The position numbers and the translations under genes are program-made. A stretch of DNA of 64,000 nucleotides from the human T2T-CHM13v2.0 reference genome, Homo sapiens: the NCBI RefSeq assembly GCF_009914755.1, contig NC_060928.1; one strand, given 5' to 3'. How positions within the stretch are numbered: position 1 is the first letter of the stretch; the number at the start of each line of letters is the position of its first letter. Positions 1 to 13,329 of the stretch are shown here, piece by piece. A model generated the notes under the pieces. That model searched no databases, was not told the DNA's origin, and saw only the letters and a program-made list of their open reading frames with translations.

Positions 1-699
1 AAGATGAACAAAGAACAGATGGAACAAATAGAAAACAATAGTAATACAGTATATTTAAATCAAAGCATAAAAATAATCACATTAAATATAAATAATCTAA
101 CCATCCCAATTATTTGGCAGAAATTAATTGAATAAAAACACAAGACCCAACTATAATGTGCCTATAAGAAAACCACTTAAAATATAATGATGCAGGTTAA
201 AATAAAAGGATGGAAACAGAAATACTATGGAAACACTTATCAAAAGAAAGCTGGAGTAGCTAGAATAAAATCAAAGTAGATTTCAGATCAAGGAATATTA
301 CTGAGGGTAAAGAAGGACATTAAAAAAAGATTAAGGGGTTAATTCATCAAGAAAATGTAGTAATCCTAATAGAAATTCAAAAGATGTAAAGCAAGAACTG
401 CTAGAATGGAAAGGGCAAAGAGAAACTAATATTGTTGAATAATTCAACACTCTCTTGTCAGTAACTGATAGAACAAGTGGGCAAAAATCAGCAAGGATAA
501 AAGACCTGAGCAACACTATCAACCACCTTGACCTAATTGACAAGTAGAGAACATTCCACCCAACAACACATGCTTTTCAAGTGCATGTGGAACACTTAGC
601 AAGATTGACCAGATTATGGACAGCAAAATGAGTCTTAACAAATTTAAAAGTATTGATATCATGGAAGAATCCTCTCTGACTACAACAGAATTAAACTAG

Positions 700-1025
<326 letters not shown>

Positions 1026-1454
1026 GAAAAATTTAAAGTATTTGGAAATCAATGTGCTTCTAAACTCACCTGTCAAATAAATCACAAAGGAACTTAGAAC
1101 ATATTTTGAACTGAATGAAAATGAAAACGCCAGATCAAAATTTGTAGGAGACAGCTAAAGCAATGCTTGAGGAAATGTTCTGGCATTAAATGTTTTTTAT
1201 AAATGAATAAAATTCTCTAAGATTTAAGCTTCCATATAAAAAACTAGAAGAATAAGAGCTAATTAAACCCAAAACAGACAGAAGGACGGAAATAATGAAG
1301 ATAAGAACAGAAATCAATGGAATTTAAAAATGAAAGCAATAGAGAAAAAAAATCAATGAAGCAAATAATTGGTCCTTTGAAAAGCATAATAAAAATGAAT
1401 GACACCAAAAATTGGTTCTTTGAAAAATGTAATAAAAATGATAAACTTTTAGCT

Positions 1455-1751
1455 CAATGCAGTCCAATATAAACATGGGAGACATATATATAATTTAAAA
1501 TCTTCCAATAGCTGCATTAACCAAAGCAAAAAGAAATCAATTTTAATAATGTATTTTATTAACCTATACAAAATATTTCAACATATAAACAATATAAACA
1601 ATTATTGATAAGCTATGTAACTTTTTTTATACTAAGTCTTCAAAATCTACTGTGTATTTTATAATTAGAGTACACATTAATTTGAACTAATAACATTTCC
1701 AGTGCTCACTTGCCACATGTGGGTAGTGGCTGCCATATTGGACAATACAGC
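1455..1751. mobile_element. MER33-like hAT-Charlie DNA transposon
   Basis: gtccaatat ... ccacatgtgggtagtggctgccatattggaca ends and an internal actaagtcttcaaaatc segment match recalled MER33. Confidence 0.75.
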
Positions 1752-2024
1752 TCACATATAAACACTATGAGGAATGACAAAGGGAACATTACTGCAGATC
1801 CTCAAGTTGTTATTTGAATAGAAATAGGACACTATATATTACCTAACAAATTTATGTCGATGAATTCAACAACTAAAATAAATGGACAGATTCCTTGAAA
1901 GACACAAATTATCAAAACATACTCTAGAACTAAAGTAAAAATATGAGTTATTTTCTATGTTTTAAATAAGTTGAGTTGATAGTTTAAAACTTCTCAAGAA
2001 AGAAAACCCCAGGCATATTTAAGG

Positions 2025-3838
2025 AACATGCTCTGTTTTATCTTTTTCATCCTTTTTTCTCTTTCTTAGGTTTGGATAATTTCTATTAATCTATATTCAG
2101 GTTCACTTATTCTTTCCTCTGCTCTGTGCGGTCTGCTGGTCTGCTCATTGAAGAAATGTCTTCTCCCTGCTATCATGTATTTTGGTTTCTCTGCTGAAAT
2201 ATCACACCTGTTCATGTGCCTTTATACTAGATCCTTACATATGTTAAATCATTAACATATTAATAACTAATATATAATATAAAATTTGATTAAGAATCAA
2301 TATTTTAAGTTTAAAATTAATTTAACATTACTTTTAAATCACCTGTCTCATAGATATGACATCTGGTGCATCTTTGGGTCTGGCTCTGTTGACTGCTTTA
2401 TCTCTTGATATATTTATCTCTTGATACTTTTTTAATCTTTGTGTGTATATATGTGTCTTATCATTTTTTTGAATCCTAGACATTGTCTATAGAAGACAAA
2501 AAGCTAAATCCCAGACACCATGTATAGACATATAAGAGCTAAATAATATTTAAGCTCAGAAACAGTCATGCCTCTTCTGTCAGTCATTAGTGTCAGGGAT
2601 TGAGTGAGTCTAGTAAAGTAGTTGACCTTCGTTTGAGTTTTGCTTTGTTTGGGTTGGCTTCAGTGCACCAACAACTTCAAAACTCCAGCTGCTACTGCTA
2701 CTTTATGCCTTGTGTGTGGTCTGGTTTGGCAGTGGATGGTTTCTCTGTGTTGCTGCTCGACTCTCAGCTTTCAGCACATCTTGCATATTCATGTCACAGA
2801 GAAAGTCTCTCCATGTTCTTACCTCTCCACCATGTAGACTGCTGTCGCTTGTGACTCAGTGGGAGGCTTATGATGGGGATAGTGGGGATATTTACTTCTG
2901 GATTAGCCTGGAACTTGGGCAGGCCTTTGTGTATGTAGAACCCAAGGTTGCAGTTTTCTTAGGGTTGCTGTCCCTTGCCCTCCTATGGCAGCCAAACTCT
3001 GCCTTGCACCTGTGGGTGTACTTGGGTCAGAGAGCTTCCTACCTCTTTTCTGGTGGAAGCAGATTTCTCTTTGTATCATCACAGTATTTTGTGCCAAAGC
3101 CGATTTTCTGTTTCAACTCTAGGGACAGATGGCTTTTGCTTCTACCTCACCTTCAACAGGCCAGGGTACCTTTGCTTGGGCTGGGTGGCCGAAGGGTTTC
3201 CGCTGCTGTCCTGTGGCAGACTGCTTATGGTTGTTATTCAGTATAAGACATATTGTTTGGGCAGAGGAAGTTTCCTGTTCCTCCCTCAAGGACAGATATG
3301 ACCTTTGTTTCTACCTCTCCCTTGGCCCCAGCAGCTTAAAGACTTTTTAAGACTTGGACTTCATCTCAAAGAAGTGTTCAAGAAGCAGACAGAGTTTCAT
3401 GAAGACAGGTGTCATGCCACCAAGAGCAGCTCTTTCAGGTCTCTTGCTGTCACTCACATCTTTCACATGGGCCCACGAGTGTGTATTCTCCTTGTGTCTG
3501 GGGCTCCGGGGATTCTAAACTGTTACACCAGCCCACATTCAGTATGTAAAAGTTTGTTGAAAATTTTGCAGTTTTCTGCTTTCCCATTTTTATAGTAGCC
3601 TTCTCTTCCTCTTGTGCTCTGCCACAGGTGAAACAATTTGTGTATTCTGACTTTACTTTCCATGGCGGGGCTTGTCACATTTTGGAATTTAGCTTACCTG
3701 GTTGCGTTGCAATCTCATGTCTCTGATGGGCTTAAGAAAATGTATGATTTTGTAGATAACGTGATTTTTTTTCTCCTTGTTGGAGCGGTAGCTATGTTCA
3801 CTTTCAGGCTTCTGCATCCTAAGTAGTAGCAGAACTCC
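2025..3838 (-). mobile_element. Old L1M 5'UTR/ORF1 fragment
   Basis: T-rich antisense ORF1-like sequence (atttctattaatctatattcaggttcacttattctttcctctgct) grading into L1M 5'-end-like sequence. Confidence 0.55.
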
Positions 3839-4226
3839 TATTTTTTTTTTTTAGCATTGTTAAAACCATATCTTTTTACATTCTTTTTTTTTTAATTCCC
3901 AGCATAGGTTTTACAACTATTATATTCTACATTTTCCACTCTTTATTACCCTTAGGACACTTCTGACCACTTGAAAATTTTTATAGGCAGTTGCCTTATT
4001 TGCAAAATGTAGTTGTCATTAATGTGAAACTGTGACAGTACTGCTTTGTTTATGCTATTTGTGCTTGCTTAAGGATGTTCAGATTATTCTGACAGTGATA
4101 GCTTGGAGAATACGGCTGATTCTTAAAACAGGATCAGGGCTTATTTACTAGTTTCTTTAGGAAGATATTTCTAATGAGAGGAATTTTCTTACTGTTAATT
4201 GAATTTTTAGTTTGGGCACATTTTCA

Positions 4227-4790
4227 TATTAGAACTTGGTTGCAAGTGACAGAGGCCCAACTCAAGCAGGTTCAATAATTATTTATTATCTTTTGTTGAC
4301 TTTGGCACCAAAAACTTCTTTAAAATTTAAAAAAGTGTATGAAGTATCTTACAAAACCTGAAGAGAATACAGGCAGGCTTCAAGGAGAACTAAAGCAAGC
4401 AAAGACTAAAAGCTGTTAGGATTCCTCTTCATTTCTTCACTCTGCTCCTCACTGAAATCTTCTATAGTCTTCCTCTTTGCAGGGAGACCTTCCTTTGCTT
4501 TGCTGGTGCTCACATCGGGAATCATTCCCATAGACAGCTCTCATATGAGATCTCTTAATGCTAACAGGATCTCCTTGGGTCCTACGTCTTTAAATTCATC
4601 AGAAAAATTGACGAACCCAGCTTGGATACTGATGGATCTAGCTTGGGGCAGGTGTCCATTTCTGAATCAACTGTATCAAAGGCACAGGATCTGAGAAAAC
4701 GACAGAGACCTGTTCAGGTTAAGCCTGAACAGGTTAATGCCCACCCTTGGACCAGGCAACTGTGGTTGGCAGGTAGACTTCTATTATGCA
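4227..4790. mobile_element. Ancient MaLR/MLT1-type LTR remnant
   Basis: ggttgcaagtgacagaggcccaactcaa and gcccacccttggacca motifs. Confidence 0.4.
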
Positions 4791-6499
4791 GAGTGAATTG
4801 TCTTGGGTAACCTTTTGGGTTGGTAGAAGGAGCTTGAGATAGAAATAAGGATCTGATAAAAGTTTCCTAAGCTAATTAATTATGAGGAATCCTGAAAAGC
4901 AAATGAAACCCTAAAAATGTCTTTTCTTTATGTAATATGGGCCTATGTCCTGGTTTAAAAAAAAAAAAATCAGTATCAATTGTTGTCGCAGTATAGATGT
5001 TTACTGTGCCTCAAATATTTTCATGATACTGATACATTTTTTATAGTTTAAGATCAAAGGTACTTAGTAATAAACCCACGAGATGTGTTGGTTTATTGGG
5101 GCTCAATTATAATATCTATTTAATAAAACAAAATAAATAAAAATTTAAAAAAACATTTTATGCACTTTTTTCCTAAAAATGAATTGATTTATAAGTCAGA
5201 GCCATACTTATTTGATCTAAGGTTCTTGCTGGGGCTACTCCTGCATTTGAATTGGGTCTTAACCTTTGAGATTTTTTATGTGGATGTGGTTTCATTATAG
5301 AAAGTGATTTAGAATCCACTTTATGAGCCATGCAGCTGAAAAGATTTTAGATATGATGGCTTCTGGGCATGACAGTTGTACACCTTTCACTGGGGTTGAA
5401 CTTCCGTAAGTTAAATTATGGAGTACTTACAGGCACACATTTTTCCTGTCAAGAACTATGGGGCATGTAAAATGCATTTATGATTGATAGTAGGGCACAC
5501 AGAGTTTAAAACCCACATTTTTAAAGTTAGACTGGTTAACCTTGTACAATACTATAACATGGTGCTCCGCAATTAGAAGCACAGAGCAGTAGCATTCGCT
5601 GCCAAAAGAGCCATATTTATGAACTCAACAAAGCTATGAGGAGAAGGATTTGAAAGGCGGATCACAGTATTTCATCTTGAGAATCATTTTTGATCTTCAT
5701 CATCAGAGGTCTTACAGAACTACTTTTTTTAAAAACTGGACATGCTAAGCAATCCTATAAAATCTGAAAGGTTACGAATTTTTCATCGCTGCCTTGTGGC
5801 TTTCAAGTTAACCGTAAATATTTATAAATCTCCTCTTCCCAATACATATAGAGGTAAAAGAAAACGAAAAGAATTGAGGACAATAGCATTTTGACTTGTT
5901 CTCTCTTTTTTTTTGATACGTAAGATTTTGCAAAAATAAAAAAAATTGTTTCATTGCCTAGTGCAAAACAAGGGGGGAAAAGAGCATCTTAAACCATAGA
6001 TATTATTTTGCAATAGGTAATTATTTCCAATCCATTGTGGTTAGAAATAAGGAATTTGAATATTAGTGGCTTTGTAGAATTTATGAAAACACAAACTATA
6101 GGCAACTTAAACTTAGCCTTATCTCATCCCAAGCCTTTGAATCTGAGAAAATGCCAAGAGATGCTAGACTGTTCCATGAATAAAAGATACTTCATCTGAC
6201 AAGAAAAGAGGAGCAGGGGTGTATTTTTTTGGGCTTATTGTTGGTACCATATTATTTCTTTGAGAAGTTATTTTACTTTTGAGTTGAAAAACTGATTGTC
6301 ATGTCTTCTATCTTTATAAGGATACAAAGTCATGAGAGAAAAATATATAATAATCTTACCACTGGTTTCTGCCCTTTAAAAGTGTCTATCCTGACTAACA
6401 TTTGTTTGCTTATAATCCAAAAAAAAATGATAGTACAGGAAAAAAGCTTGATAAATGATATACTTTCTGCCACTCAAAAATGGTTTGATTTTGTTTCAG

Positions 6500-6634
6500 G
6501 ATTCATTTCGGAATGAAAGGCTTCATCATGATTAATCCACTTGAGTATAAATATAAAAATGGAGCTTCTCGTGTTTTGGAAGTGCAGCTCACCAAAGATT
6601 TGATTTGTTTCTTTGACTCATCAGTAGAACTCAG
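6500..6634 (+). CDS. NEIL3: NEIL3 coding exon 3 (135 nt, phase 2-2), glycosylase domain
   Basis: ttcag|G ATT CAT TTC ... CTC AG|gtaaaa; encodes IHFGMKGFIMINPLEYKYKNGASRVLEVQLTKDLICFFDSSVEL. Confidence 0.97.
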
Positions 6635-6919
6635 GTAAAAAAAATTAAATAAAAGTACTTACGCTGCAATACTGCAGAGCTTGGTTTGGGATGTCACACG
6701 TGTAACTAAAGAAACAAATAAATAAAGAGTTTGTAATTGATGAAACCTCATTTTAAAGAAGCCTTCAGATAATATAATTTGTAAGGTCTTTGTTGTTTGC
6801 ATATGTAACTCTTATACCCTGATTAACATAAAGTGCTTATAGCAAAGCTCATTTTAAAAGACACTTTGTGAAATTATAACCAGACTTATGATTAATGTGT
6901 TTTATATTCCTTTCTATAG

Positions 6920-7133
6920 AAACTCAATGGAAAGCCAACAGAGAATAAGAATGATGAAAGAATTAGATGTATGTTCACCTGAATTTAGTTTCTTGAGAGC
7001 AGAAAGTGAAGTTAAAAAACAGAAAGGCCGGATGCTAGGTGATGTGCTAATGGATCAGAACGTATTGCCTGGAGTAGGGAACATCATCAAAAATGAAGCT
7101 CTCTTTGACAGTGGTCTCCACCCAGCTGTTAAA
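6920..7133 (+). CDS. NEIL3: NEIL3 coding exon 4 (214 nt), helix-two-turn-helix motif
   Basis: tatag|A AAC TCA ... GTT AAA|gtaagt; encodes NSMESQQR...LMDQNVLPGVGNIIKNEALFDSGLHPAVK. Confidence 0.98.
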
Positions 7134-7319
7134 GTAAGTTTTAAGTATTTTTTTAATTATCTGTTGATTTTTCAGTACTGTGAAGGAACCAACGTGGAAG
7201 CCTTAACTCTGCATTTCAGTAACACAGTCTCATCAGACTTCAGGTGTCCCGCTTCCCATTTCTACCCAGGTCAATTTCTCAGTGCAGCCGGCTCCTACCA
7301 CCGCACTTGCACTTACAGT

Positions 7320-7590
7320 TGCCTTGTGCACACCCTCCCACTCCACATTTCACTCTATCAGTCTTCCTTAACTTGCCCTGCTTTTTGTTCTCTCCATACC
7401 AGGTATCCCTTTCAAACATAACATATTTACTTATTATACTGATTGTTTAAAAGCTGTCTCCTTCTGCTAGAACACAGTCTCAAAAGGAAACAAGGCTTTT
7501 GTTCACTGAAGTATCCCAACATCTAGAACGTGACCTGTGGTGTATGGTAGGCATTAGATATTAATATTTGTGGAATATGTGAATGAACTA
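7320..7590 (+). mobile_element. L2 3' end fragment
   Basis: Ends in ...ggtaggcattagatattaatatttgtggaatatgtgaatgaa, resembling the L2 tail. Confidence 0.5.
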
Positions 7591-8528
7591 ACTCACAACT
7601 TATTTTCTCTCTCTGGCATATTAAGTACATGTTCTGCACACGCTTGTGTATTCCTGATTACAGCTGTTGGTGACATTAGAAGCTGCTGTTGTGGAAGGAT
7701 AGCAATGGAAGGCAGGCAGCAGGGACCAAGGAATAAGTGATCAGTGAGGAAATGAAAGCAAAATGTAGAGCCCTTGTTCACATAGGCCGGAGTGAAGGGA
7801 AAATATTGGCTTGCTAGAGGGGATTCCAGGGCAAGACATGAGTTGGTTATTTTATTTTTTTTCTTGTTCTACAACTGCAGAGACTTGAACTTATTTATAT
7901 GTTGCAAAAAAAAAAAAGTGGTTAAAGGGCAGAGGTTAAAATTGTAGAAAAGGGAATGGTGATGAATATAGCAATGTTCTAAGAGGGTAAGAGAGGTGAG
8001 AACCCTAACCCAGGTAGAATACATACATTTTAGTTTCTAGGGAAGACCTCTACATTAGGGCTTTTATCAAGACCTGTTGCCACTAACTAAATTAATTTTT
8101 AGCTCTTTTAGCTGAATTATTTTTTACATAATTGACTCTATTAACTAAATTATCTTTTACATAAACCCAGGTTATTTTTTTACTTTGTGTAGATACTTAC
8201 TAGATAGTTTTAGTAATACCCAAATCAGTAGGAATGAAGCTTTAAAAGAAGCCAGTTAATGATAGGTCTAGATTAGATTCTGCTTTTTGATACTTGGAAC
8301 ACGTGAGTTCAGTATGGAAATAATGAAACAGAACTTTAACAAGAGTGAGCTTTTTAAAAATCACTTAGACCTCTACGAAAGTTGTTTTTGAAAAAAAGAG
8401 AACCCAGGGTATTGTTGTTATCTGTGATGCACTGAGAATTTACTTTTTATCTCTGCATCCAGCCATCCATCCATCTAGGAAATGATCATTTACCCATAAT
8501 GCCTGGGGGTTTAAAAATTAATGACATT

Positions 8529-8931
<403 letters not shown>

Positions 8932-9121
8932 TCAAGATGTGACTTAATATAGTATGTAAGATTTGGAAAGTAATAAATATTTTGGATGTATGTAAGTTTT
9001 AAAGTTTAAGTGAACAATTGAATATGTATAATACTTTCAGGATGACTATGTTGATTAGATTTTCACTTCTATAGTCACTGATAAGTGATTTTCTTTGTAC
9101 ATGTATGTGTCTGTTTATATG

Positions 9122-9357
9122 CAGCTTCCCTCAGTATACACAGGGGATCAGTTGCAGTACTCCTGCCTATACCAAGTCCATACATACTGAAGTCCTGCAG
9201 TTGGCCCTAGGGACACTGCTACACAAAAAGTCAGCCCTACACACATGCAGGCTTCACATCTCACAAATACTATATTTTTCATTCATGTTTGATTGAAAAA
9301 AATCTACATGTACGTGGACCTGCTCAGTTCAAACCTGTGTCGTTGAAGGGTCAGCTG
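9122..9357. mobile_element. MER8 (Tigger family) DNA transposon
   Basis: cag..ccctcagtatacacagggga ... gttgaagggtcagctg termini followed by TA. Confidence 0.75.
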
Positions 9358-9896
9358 TACATATAGATATTCACACACAGGCAACAAGCATGAGGCATCA
9401 GAGGGTTTCTTTTGGGATTACCATTGACGGCACATGTGCCAAATAATAATTCTGCAAGGGTAACACTGAGATTTATGTTAGGCTGTGTCAGAAAAAAATT
9501 CTTCAGTAAGGTCTGTGTCTGAGCTCTTCCATGTGTTAATAAGTACTTTGATATTAATGCATGTATAGAAATGCATATCTTTTCTAAAGCTTGATAGTGA
9601 CCTTGGTGGTCATCTACTCCTGTGCCTATTTTCCCTTCCCTTCTTTCTGTTTTATATTGTTCTTGGTAATTTTTTTTTTTGAGTCCAGCAAGACTTCTCA
9701 AGGTGTCTGATAGACAATGCTGAGACTTTGAAGATGTCTAATACAGAATAAATATTCAATAAATGCTTGAATTTACAATTAAAATGTATAAATAGGAATC
9801 ATATTTTGTCAGTAATATTATCAGTTCAAAATATAACTACTGTTAATGGTACTAAATAGATCCGTAAGAAATAGAGCTCTAGAAGATATTCATATA

Positions 9897-10485
9897 CGAT
9901 TGACTCTTGAACAACACAGGAATTGGGGTGCTAACCCCTCCCATTGAAAATCTATATACAATTTTTGACTCTTCAAAAACGTAACTACTAATAGCCTACT
10001 GTTGATCAGAAGCCTTACTGATAACATAGTTCACACATATTCTGTATGTTTTATGTGTTACATATGTATTATTACAATAAAGTAAGCTTGAGAAAAGAAA
10101 TTGTTATTAAGAATATGGTAAGAGCCAGGTGTGATGGTCTGCACCTGTAATCCCAGCTACCTGGGAGGCTGAGGCGGAAGGATGGCTGAGCCCAGGAGTT
10201 TGAAGCTGCAGTGAGCTATGATGATGCTGCTGCACTCCAGCCTGGGCAATAGAGTGAGACCCTGTCTCTAAAAAAACAGAAGAATATCATAAGGATTATA
10301 TTTACTACTCATTAAGTGGAAGTCGGTCATCATAAAGTTATTGCTCCTCATCATCATTACATTGAATAGATTGAGGAGGAAGAGGAGGGGTTGGTCTTGC
10401 TGTCTCAGGGATGGCAGAGGCAGAAAAAAATCTGCGTATAAGTGGACCCTCCCAGTTCAAACCCATGTTGTTCAAAGGTCAGCTG
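9897..10485. mobile_element. Tigger2a-like DNA transposon split by an Alu monomer
   Basis: ttgactcttgaacaacac ... gttgttcaaaggtcagctg inverted termini with TA flanks. Confidence 0.8.
10122..10277 (+). mobile_element. FRAM/AluJ right monomer
   Basis: Single Alu monomer; TSD aagaatatggtaag / aagaatatcataag. Confidence 0.85.
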
Positions 10486-10594
10486 TATTCAAAATCTATT
10501 TACAGTTCTCTTTCACAGAATTGGCAAGGCGTATTATTTCTTACAGTAATGAGCAAGTCATGAAACTAGGCTCTGCTGTTTTTTCCACTTCAAG

Positions 10595-10669
10595 GTTTGT
10601 CAATTAACAGATGAACAGATCCATCACCTCATGAAAATGATACGTGATTTCAGCATTCTCTTTTACAGG
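10595..10669 (+). CDS. NEIL3: NEIL3 coding exon 5 (75 nt, phase 0-0)
   Basis: caag|GTT TGT ... TAC AGG|gtaaga; encodes VCQLTDEQIHHLMKMIRDFSILFYR. Confidence 0.97.
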
Positions 10670-10757
10670 GTAAGAGCAAAATTTTTCAACTGTGTAAAAT
10701 GTAAAATGTCAGTGGTTTCCTTTTGGAGTGCACCAAAAAATGTGAAAGCTGTATATA

Positions 10758-10769
10758 GCCATCTAGTGG
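10758..10769 (-). promoter_or_regulatory. Candidate CTCF motif
   Basis: gccatctagtgg; reverse complement CCACTAGATGGC matches the CTCF core. Confidence 0.45.
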
Positions 10770-11004
10770 AAAGAGCATGGAGGTACATTAAGGGAGAGTG
10801 ACATTATGTGGGTGTAATTAACATCTTGAAATTCTAGGTCATAGGTCAGTTCAAACTCGTCTAACTATAACCATATTCAATTATCTTTATACCAAGTTAG
10901 GAGCAGCCATGTTGGCATTTCACAGACTCTTTTTCTATTTTTGGATACATAAAATATAGAAAGTCTAGAGAGGCTGACCTACAGTAACACTTTCAGATAA
11001 CCTT

Positions 11005-11200
11005 AGTTCCATCAGGCTTTGCCACTGACTATAGACCTTGGTTCAATCAAGCTTTGCCACTTACTACTATCTGTGTGGTTTAGATTCTTTGGATAACTTT
11101 ATTTAAGTTTAGTTTCTTCATCTGTAAAATGGGATAATAATGTTTCTCTGTCTACCACAGTTTTGAGAAGGAAGGACTTGCTGACTTGTAAATGTGGAAA
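11005..11200 (+). mobile_element. MIR SINE fragment
   Basis: Core-like agtttcttcatctgtaaaatgggataataa. Confidence 0.65.
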
Positions 11201-12287
11201 GTTATATACTATATGCATATATAGAATTCAATAAACACATCTTTTAAACAAAGTAATGCAAATATGTATTTTCTTTCTTCACAGTCCATTTTCTGTATCC
11301 AAAATTTTCATTTTTACTATGTTCAGAAAGTCAGGTATTGTAGTATTCTTTATTAATTGGCCTAAAATGTGAATGAACCTCTTGCTCTGCAGATCGGTCT
11401 TGAGTAACTATGGCTATTTTTAAATTGCATTTGCTTACTTCTTCCTCCAGAAAAAGATGACCATAGAAAACTGCCCATTTCCACCCAGATTAAATTGGGT
11501 CTTTCAATACTTGCCTTAAATTAATATAAATTGTGTAATTTTCAGCTCATACGTGGTGAGCCATATTTCTGGGCTTTTAAATTTTCACAGTGCTGATGGA
11601 AACTCAAGATATTTTCTTTGTAGGAGCCTTAAATATTTGTGAGTGGAATAAAACTGACCAAATATATCAAAATATCTTTTGAAGTAGAATTTATACCAAA
11701 ATGGAATATATTCTCTGCTAGGATGGTATTTGAATGTTTATTTTCTTTCTTTCTTTTTTTATTAATGAATCTCTAAGGTTAAAAAGGAAAAAAAAATCCT
11801 TTTTCAGGTCAACAAAGAAAATGCTCTTATTAAATTTTGTCCCCTAGAATTAAGTTTTTTGGTTGTTGAAACTGAGTGAGCAGTTTCAGTCTTCTAAAAA
11901 TAATCAGATTTCAAGCTAATCTAGCCTTTTTCTTTTAACTATATAATTATGGTTAATTTAAAAAGCCTTAAAAGTGTAAAAGACATTTTTAAATATAGAA
12001 CTTTTACATGTCATTTAGATAAGAGGATAAAGCTATGCAAAGAGCAATTTTGAATACTAATGTCATTAAATAATGACTTATTTCACACAAATTTTATTTG
12101 ACAAATATTACCAAATCTTGTCAATACCTTTTTCTCTGATGAAAGAAAAGATTATATTGACATATGTACAAACATATGTAAATTTTTAGCAGATGATTTT
12201 CAGAGGTGACTTTCGAGAATGTGTCTTTGGCTCCTTGGCAGCACTGTTTTGTGGATAACAGAATTTTTTGGTTTTTTTTTTTTTTAG

Positions 12288-12454
12288 TGCCGTAAAGCAG
12301 GACTTGCTCTCTCTAAACACTATAAGGTTTACAAGCGTCCTAATTGTGGTCAGTGCCACTGCAGAATAACTGTGTGCCGCTTTGGGGACAATAACAGAAT
12401 GACATATTTCTGTCCTCACTGTCAAAAAGAAAATCCTCAACGTGTTGACATATG
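12288..12454 (+). CDS. NEIL3: NEIL3 coding exon 6 (167 nt), FPG-type zinc finger
   Basis: (T)14ag|TGC CGT ... ATA TG|gtaaga; encodes CRKAGLALSKHYKVYKRPNCGQCHCRITVCRFGDNNRMTYFCPHCQKENPQRVDI. Confidence 0.97.
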
Positions 12455-12864
12455 GTAAGATACTGAATTTAAAGGGATACCATTTGCCCTAACCATCTAA
12501 CTAAAAGGCTAATAATCTGAGAATATAACTGAATAACTGTCAGGCTATTCAGAAGAGAACGTGACTCAAAAGTATTTTAGTCCTTGAAAGGAAATAGTAA
12601 ATAATGTCACCAAAGAACCTGAGGGAGCCAAAGATGATTTATGGACCAGTTCTGAATTTAGGTGGAAAATCTCTGGCTCAGGGAATAATATCTAGCCTTT
12701 ACCTTTAACCTAGTTTGTAAAGTGAGTACCAGGAGATGTCAATAATTGGAAAAAAATGCAACTACCTTCAAAAGTCTCTGCTTCACTTAGAAATAATATT
12801 ATAAAACAAAAGCAAGATCTTTTTACAGATTGTATGTCTAGTTGGTGAAATAATAGACCACTTA

Positions 12865-13168
12865 CTAAACCCACGTGTAGTAGTTCTGCCAGTTGCTGAG
12901 TATGTCTCTTCCAATGATACATTCCAGAACTGGAGAAATAACCGCAGGATAGGTTTGAGGACTTACTGTGAGAAGTATTTGGGCTAAAACTCCATTGATC
13001 ACCTGACCAGACTGGTGGTGGATCACAGTGATATTTTTGTCTCCTGGAATTAGTGTCAGTTCAGAGCCAGTGTCCAATAATCCTTGAAAAGTCTGATTAT
13101 TTTCTTTTCCCCAATGTACAGTTACCTTGGTAACAGGCCATAGGACCTTTTGGGGGAAATCTAAGAGA
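12865..13168 (-). mobile_element. ERVL internal fragment (aspartic protease region)
   Basis: Minus-strand translation VTVHWGKENNQTFQGLLDTGSELTLIPGD...GQVINGVLAQ...ECIIGRDILSNWQN is typical of ERV-L protease. Confidence 0.85.
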
Positions 13169-13309
13169 AAGATTATGCAGTAGAAAGCAGCTGCATAGCA
13201 GTATATGTGATTATAAGATTATGTAGTATAAAGCAGCTGCATAGCAGTATATGTGATTATAAGATTATGTAGTATAAAGCAGCTGCATAGCAGTATATGT
13301 GATTATAAG
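13169..13309. repeat. 46-bp tandem repeat, 3 copies
   Basis: Unit aagattatgtagtataaagcagctgcatagcagtatatgtgattat at 13169, 13215 and 13261. Confidence 0.97.
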
Positions 13310-13329
13310 CCAGTAGTACCAGTATGACA

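Noticed and set aside
1355-1440. Degenerate 43-bp tandem duplication within L1
   Set aside because: Old and diverged; no sign of function
2600-3826. Cluster of overlapping ORFs up to 178 aa
   Set aside because: Antisense strand of an old L1 5' region; no recognisable protein or splice structure
6888-7421. 177-aa ORF extending past exon 4
   Set aside because: Only 6920-7133 is NEIL3; the rest is intron read-through into repeat-derived sequence
13169-13309. CRISPR-like array
   Set aside because: Contiguous tandem units with no spacers, in a human intron
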